From Deltaproteobacteria bacterium (GTDB lineage Bacteria; Myxococcota_A; Polyangia; Fen-1088): a DNA stretch of 64,000 nt. Under the pieces are notes generated by a model. That model had not been told where the DNA came from. It saw nothing but the letters and a program-made list of their open reading frames with translations, and ran no database searches. Of the stretch, positions 60,050 to 64,000 are shown piece after piece. Location: assembly GCA_033763315.1 (NCBI GenBank), contig JANRKS010000007.1, positions 288,001 through 352,000 on the forward strand. The letters are read 5' to 3'. The first letter of the stretch is position 1, and every line of letters starts with the position of its first letter. The translations under genes were made by a program, and so were the position numbers.

Positions 60050-60670
60050 ATGGCTGCCTTGATCGTTTTCGCCCATGGCGCGGGCGCACCCGCTTCGCAT
60101 CCTTGGATGCGCGCGTGGGCCGAGCGCCTTAGCCCCTGCGGCACTGTGGTCACGTTCGATTACCCTTTCATGCGCCAAGGCTCAAAGCGCCCGGATCGGC
60201 TCCCCGTTTTGGTGGCCGCGCATCAAGAAGCCATCACGCAAGCCTCGCAGCAAGCGCCTGATCAACCTCTCGTGCTGGCTGGCAAATCGATGGGATCACG
60301 CATCGGTTGCCACGTTGCCGCGGGCAAACAACATCCCGTGCGTGCGCTCGTGTGCTTCGGTTACCCACTGCGATCCGCAAGCTCAGGCAAAAGCCGCGCG
60401 GATGTTCTGGCGCAGGTGCCGGTTCCTATCTTGTTCGTGCAAGGCACCCGAGATCCTCTATGCCCGCTCGACGAATTGCAGGCATTGTTGCCAACGTTGC
60501 CGGTGCCACACGAGCTTGAGGTGATCAACGACGGCGACCACTCGCTGATTGTGGCGAAGCGAACTTTGAACGCCAACCACGAAACCCAAGCCACCGTCGA
60601 TGCCCGCATCGCCGCGCGCGTGCAATCGTTCATCACAAAACACACAGCGGGCAAAATCGATCGTGGCTGA
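60050..60670 (+). CDS. alpha/beta hydrolase (KANL3/Tex30-like)
   Basis: AHGAGAP, GKSMGSR, GYPL, QGTRD, GDHS. Confidence 0.88.
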   Translation: MAALIVFAHGAGAPASHPWMRAWAERLSPCGTVVTFDYPFMRQGSKRPDRLPVLVAAHQEAITQASQQAPDQPLVLAGKSMGSRIGCHVAAGKQHPVRALVCFGYPLRSASSGKSRADVLAQVPVPILFVQGTRDPLCPLDELQALLPTLPVPHELEVINDGDHSLIVAKRTLNANHETQATVDARIAARVQSFITKHTAGKIDRG

Positions 60671-61349
60671 AGCAGCGTGGCAAATGCACGCCCGAGGTGA
60701 CGCGGCGATCGCCCTCGTTTTGACGGCGCCGTTCTCGTTACGGCAACACCGACGCTTGCTCGCTTTGCTCGAACGCATCGACGCCACAAAACCAGTCGAC
60801 GTGCTGGACGTCGTGCCAGGGCACAACGAGATCCTCGTGCTGTTCGACCCCGGCACGCCTGCACGAGACATTGAACTGTGGCTTTGGGGCCTTGCGCGGG
60901 CGTCTGCCGCAGACGGCGCTCCGCAAAACGTATCTTCAATCCGCATACCTGTGTGCTTCGATCCGCCGTTTGGCCTGGACTTGGCCGCCGTCGCCACGCA
61001 GCTTTCGATGACCGAAACGCAAGTGGTGCAGGCATTCACGAAGCCCACTTACGAGTGCACCGTGGTGGGTTTTCGGCCCGGTTTCCCCTATTTGGAGGGT
61101 CTGCCGAACGAACTCGTGCTGCCACGGCACGCCTCCCCCCGCGCCCGCGTGCCACGCGGTTCTGTGGCGATCGCGGGCGGCCAGGCAGGCATATACCCAG
61201 TCGATGGGCCCGGAGGTTGGCGTATCATCGGGCAAACGAACGTGGCGCTGTTTGACCTTACGCAATCGCCTCCCTGTTTGATCACGCCAGGCACACGGGT
61301 GCAGTTCTATGGCGTTGATCGCAACGCGCTTGTGCAGGGCACGTTGTGA
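60663..61349 (+). CDS. pxpB: 5-oxoprolinase subunit B
   Basis: GD.A, VVPG, IPVCF, GF.PGFPYL.GL, PR..PR.RVP.GSVAIAG.Q.GIYP..PGGW.IIG.T. Confidence 0.9.
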   Translation: MAEAAWQMHARGDAAIALVLTAPFSLRQHRRLLALLERIDATKPVDVLDVVPGHNEILVLFDPGTPARDIELWLWGLARASAADGAPQNVSSIRIPVCFDPPFGLDLAAVATQLSMTETQVVQAFTKPTYECTVVGFRPGFPYLEGLPNELVLPRHASPRARVPRGSVAIAGGQAGIYPVDGPGGWRIIGQTNVALFDLTQSPPCLITPGTRVQFYGVDRNALVQGTL

Positions 61350-62113
61350 TCGCGGTTGACGTTAATGCCGATCTCGGCGAGGGCGAAGCGACCGACGCGC
61401 GCATGTTCACGCTCGTGAGCTCAGCCAACATCGCCTGCGGCGGGCACGCAGGTGATGAAGCCTCCATGCAGTTGTGCCTGCGGCTTGCGAAACAACACGG
61501 CGTGGCTGCAGGGGCGCATCCGGGATTTGTCGATCGACAAAACAAAGGCCGCCGAACGATGACAGCCACGCCCCTCGAAGTGCATAGGCTCGTGAGCGAT
61601 CAAGTGCGCGCGTTGGCGACGTTGGCCTCGCGCGAGGGCGTGCGCCTTGGCCACGTCAAAGCCCACGGGGCGCTTTACAACCAGGCCGCGCAAGACCCGG
61701 CGCTGGCCCGAGCCCTGGCCGAAGCGGTGGTGGCGATCGACCCTGCGATGCGGCTGTTTGGATTGCCGGGCTCCTGTATGCAAACGCAGGCCAAAGCTGT
61801 GGGGCTGCAGTTTGTGGGTGAGGCGTTCGTCGATCGCGCCTACGATGACCAGGGCCATCTGGTGCCTCGCCAGGAGCCAGGCGCTGTGCTTACGGATCCG
61901 CCGCATAGACTCGCGGCACGCGCCGTTCGCTTGGCCACGGGCTTGCCTGTGCCGTCGTTAAACGGCGCTCCGGTCGTGGTTGCGGCCAGCACCTTGTGCG
62001 TTCACGGTGACACGCCTGCCGCCGTCGCGGTGGCCGCGGCCGTGCGCGAAGCCCTGCGCGCCCACGCAATCGCCGTGCGGGCGCCGAATTCTGCCAAACC
62101 ATGCCAACCATAG
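61346..62113 (+). CDS. pxpA: 5-oxoprolinase subunit A (LamB/YcsF)
   Basis: D.NADLGEG, SANIACGGHAGD, GAHPG, HVKAHGALYN, EAF.DRAY, TLCVHGD. Confidence 0.93.
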   Translation: MIAVDVNADLGEGEATDARMFTLVSSANIACGGHAGDEASMQLCLRLAKQHGVAAGAHPGFVDRQNKGRRTMTATPLEVHRLVSDQVRALATLASREGVRLGHVKAHGALYNQAAQDPALARALAEAVVAIDPAMRLFGLPGSCMQTQAKAVGLQFVGEAFVDRAYDDQGHLVPRQEPGAVLTDPPHRLAARAVRLATGLPVPSLNGAPVVVAASTLCVHGDTPAAVAVAAAVREALRAHAIAVRAPNSAKPCQP

Positions 62114-63012
62114 AAATTATCGCCGCGGGCGCTTTGACAACGGTGCAAGATCAGGGGCGGGCGGGGCTCGGCCGCTTTGGCATCTCGCCTTCCGGAGCCT
62201 TGGATCCATTCTCCCTTCGCGTGGGCAACGCGTGCGTTGGCAACCCCAAGGGCGCCGCCGGGTTGGAGATCACGGGGCCAGGCGTGGCGCTGCGCTTTTA
62301 TGGATCCACCTGGATCTGCCTCACAGGCGCTGACCTGCAAGCGACGTTGCAAGATGAGGCCGTGCGCGTGGGGGATGTGGTGCGCGTGCGCGATCGACAG
62401 GTTCTACGTTTCACGAGCGGGCGCGCAGGCAGCAGGGCGTGGCTTACGGCCCGTGGTGGCCTGCGCAGCGACAAGGTTTTGGGCAGCCGCGCCTTCGATG
62501 TGGCGGCGGGCTTGCCGCGCCAACGGCTGGCCGCGGGCGACATGCTCGAAATCGAACCTGAGCCTGGCGCCTCTGTGCATCAGCGCGTGCCGCCGGATCT
62601 TGTACCGTACGTGCTGCGTCCAGCGCCGACGGGTCCCCGTTCCCTTCGTTACGTGGCCCTTGGCGCCACCGGGTTGGCCGAACGAACGTTTACCGTTTCC
62701 CAGCGCGCCAACCGAACGGGTTTTCAGATCATGGCCGATCCACCCATGCCAAATCTGTGGCCGCAGCCACCGCGATCCGAACCGCTGGCTCCCGGATGCA
62801 TCCAGGTGCCCCCCGATGGCCATCCCTTCGTCCTGATGGCGGATCGCCAAACGATCGGTGGTTACCCTGTGGCAGGGCATTTGTGCAGCGTTGATGTTGG
62901 CGAGGCCGCGCAATGCGGGCCCGGCGACAAAGTACAACTAACGGCCATTTTATTGGATGTGGCGCGCGATCTTGCGCAAGCCCGCGAGCGAACTTTTCGC
63001 CGAACCTTCTAG
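62101..63012 (+). CDS. pxpC: 5-oxoprolinase subunit C
   Basis: TTVQD.GR.G...G..SGALD, N..VGN, IQVPPDG.P.VLMADRQT.GGYP. Confidence 0.9.
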   Translation: MPTIEIIAAGALTTVQDQGRAGLGRFGISPSGALDPFSLRVGNACVGNPKGAAGLEITGPGVALRFYGSTWICLTGADLQATLQDEAVRVGDVVRVRDRQVLRFTSGRAGSRAWLTARGGLRSDKVLGSRAFDVAAGLPRQRLAAGDMLEIEPEPGASVHQRVPPDLVPYVLRPAPTGPRSLRYVALGATGLAERTFTVSQRANRTGFQIMADPPMPNLWPQPPRSEPLAPGCIQVPPDGHPFVLMADRQTIGGYPVAGHLCSVDVGEAAQCGPGDKVQLTAILLDVARDLAQARERTFRRTF

Positions 63013-63074
63013 GGCGTGCACGCGCAGTCAATGCGCCCTATAGTGGCGCCCTTCCCTTCTGAAAAGGCCACCGT

Positions 63075-64000
63075 CTGAATTCGTCGCCCCCTGCCCCACC
63101 CGCAGCTCCCGCGATTTCACTTGCCCCCGCATGGCAGACGCACGCGGTGGTCCAGTTGCTTGCGAGCGCGCTCGCTCTCGGTGCTTTGCACCTGATCGCG
63201 AATCGCCTCGGCATGCCGTTTAACACCACGATCACCATTTCGTTGATCGTGGGGGTGTGTTTGGTGCGCTTGGTGCCGGTCTCGCCTTATTGGATGATGA
63301 CGCTGGCGGGCCTGATCGTTCTATACAACTGGAAGCCGCGGTTCATGGCGTTCGAGGTGCCGTTTTTGGCGCTGCTTTTTCTGCTGCGCAACCGCTTGTG
63401 GACCTTCGCCGCCACATTGGTCGGCGTTGGCTTGCTTGCCCCCAAGACTTTGCACCGGGTGGCGTTCTTGCATCCCGAGATGTGGTCCTGGATCAGTGAA
63501 TCCGCGCTCGGCCACATTTTGCTGGTGGGCTTGCTTTACATTTTCGAGAAACGCCGCGGGCGGCTTCCCGATCCGTCTTACCCGCAATGGATGACCCTGT
63601 TCGCCGCGCCTTCGAATCCGCTCAACCCACTTAACCTGGGACCGCTTGAACTGTGGCAGTTGCCGATGGTGTCGCTGCCTCGGCTGGCCGAAAGCGTGGT
63701 GTTGTTGGCCAGCAAAGCCGCCGCCATCAACGTTTTGGACGCGTATTTAGGCAAGCATCTAGCCGCCAATCTTTCTTACCAACAGCTCAGCGCCTTGAGC
63801 CCCGTGGCGTTGTGGTTATCGGTGGGCCTAAGTTACGTGAAGCTGGCGCTTTATTTGTCCGGCACGGCCGATGTGGCGATCTTGATCCTGCGCGCCTACG
63901 GATTGTCCTTGGCACATCCTTTCCGTTGGGCGTTGGTGGCGTGGAACCCCGTAGAGCTGTGGCGCCGTTGGTCGATCTACAACCGCAAGCTGCTGCTGAA
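63075..64000 (+). CDS. MBOAT-family membrane acyltransferase, runs off the right edge
   Basis: Manually translated multi-TM frame open to the window end, containing YLSGTADVAI...YG..LAHPFRW..AWNPVELWRRWSI. Start is CTG 63075 or GTG 63147. Confidence 0.7.
   Translation, partial: MNSSPPAPPAAPAISLAPAWQTHAVVQLLASALALGALHLIANRLGMPFNTTITISLIVGVCLVRLVPVSPYWMMTLAGLIVLYNWKPRFMAFEVPFLALLFLLRNRLWTFAATLVGVGLLAPKTLHRVAFLHPEMWSWISESALGHILLVGLLYIFEKRRGRLPDPSYPQWMTLFAAPSNPLNPLNLGPLELWQLPMVSLPRLAESVVLLASKAAAINVLDAYLGKHLAANLSYQQLSALSPVALWLSVGLSYVKLALYLSGTADVAILILRAYGLSLAHPFRWALVAWNPVELWRRWSIYNRKLLL

Overview
GC-rich bacterial chromosome segment. The gene content (FrzS-like pseudo-receiver, TIGR02266-type PilZ, AgmX/PglI-C-terminal lipoproteins, MYXO-CTERM protein, MXAN_5187-C-terminal-like protein, CxxxC-repeat lipoprotein) points to a myxobacterium (Myxococcota, probably Polyangia). 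Most of it is core genes: manC-algC, pilD, rsfS-rlmH, bioA, gpmA, hflX, rseP-tsaB, rpmE-prfA, def-folB, yggX, SRP RNA, two tRNA-Ser, gloA, ilvE, glmU, pxpB-pxpA-pxpC. I saw no CRISPR array, integrase, transposase or prophage. The best candidate for an undescribed system is a four-gene minus-strand cluster at 31.7-38.2 kb: metal-binding TIM barrel, levoglucosan-dehydrogenase-like Gfo/Idh/MocA oxidoreductase, secreted beta-propeller, and a PA14 plus five-heme cytochrome c lipoprotein. A DUF1080 lipoprotein lies about 2.8 kb upstream. Together they suggest 3-keto-glycoside sugar chemistry linked to an envelope multiheme electron carrier. Other oddities: both tRNA-Ser have a U73 discriminator, a 59-aa two-TM ORF is missing from the ORF track, hflX probably starts at CTG, the hsp20 leader can form an SD-sequestering hairpin, a metzincin-like protein has QExxH instead of HExxH, and RsfS has a histone-like tail. 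All family calls come from motif recognition by eye; no searches were run.
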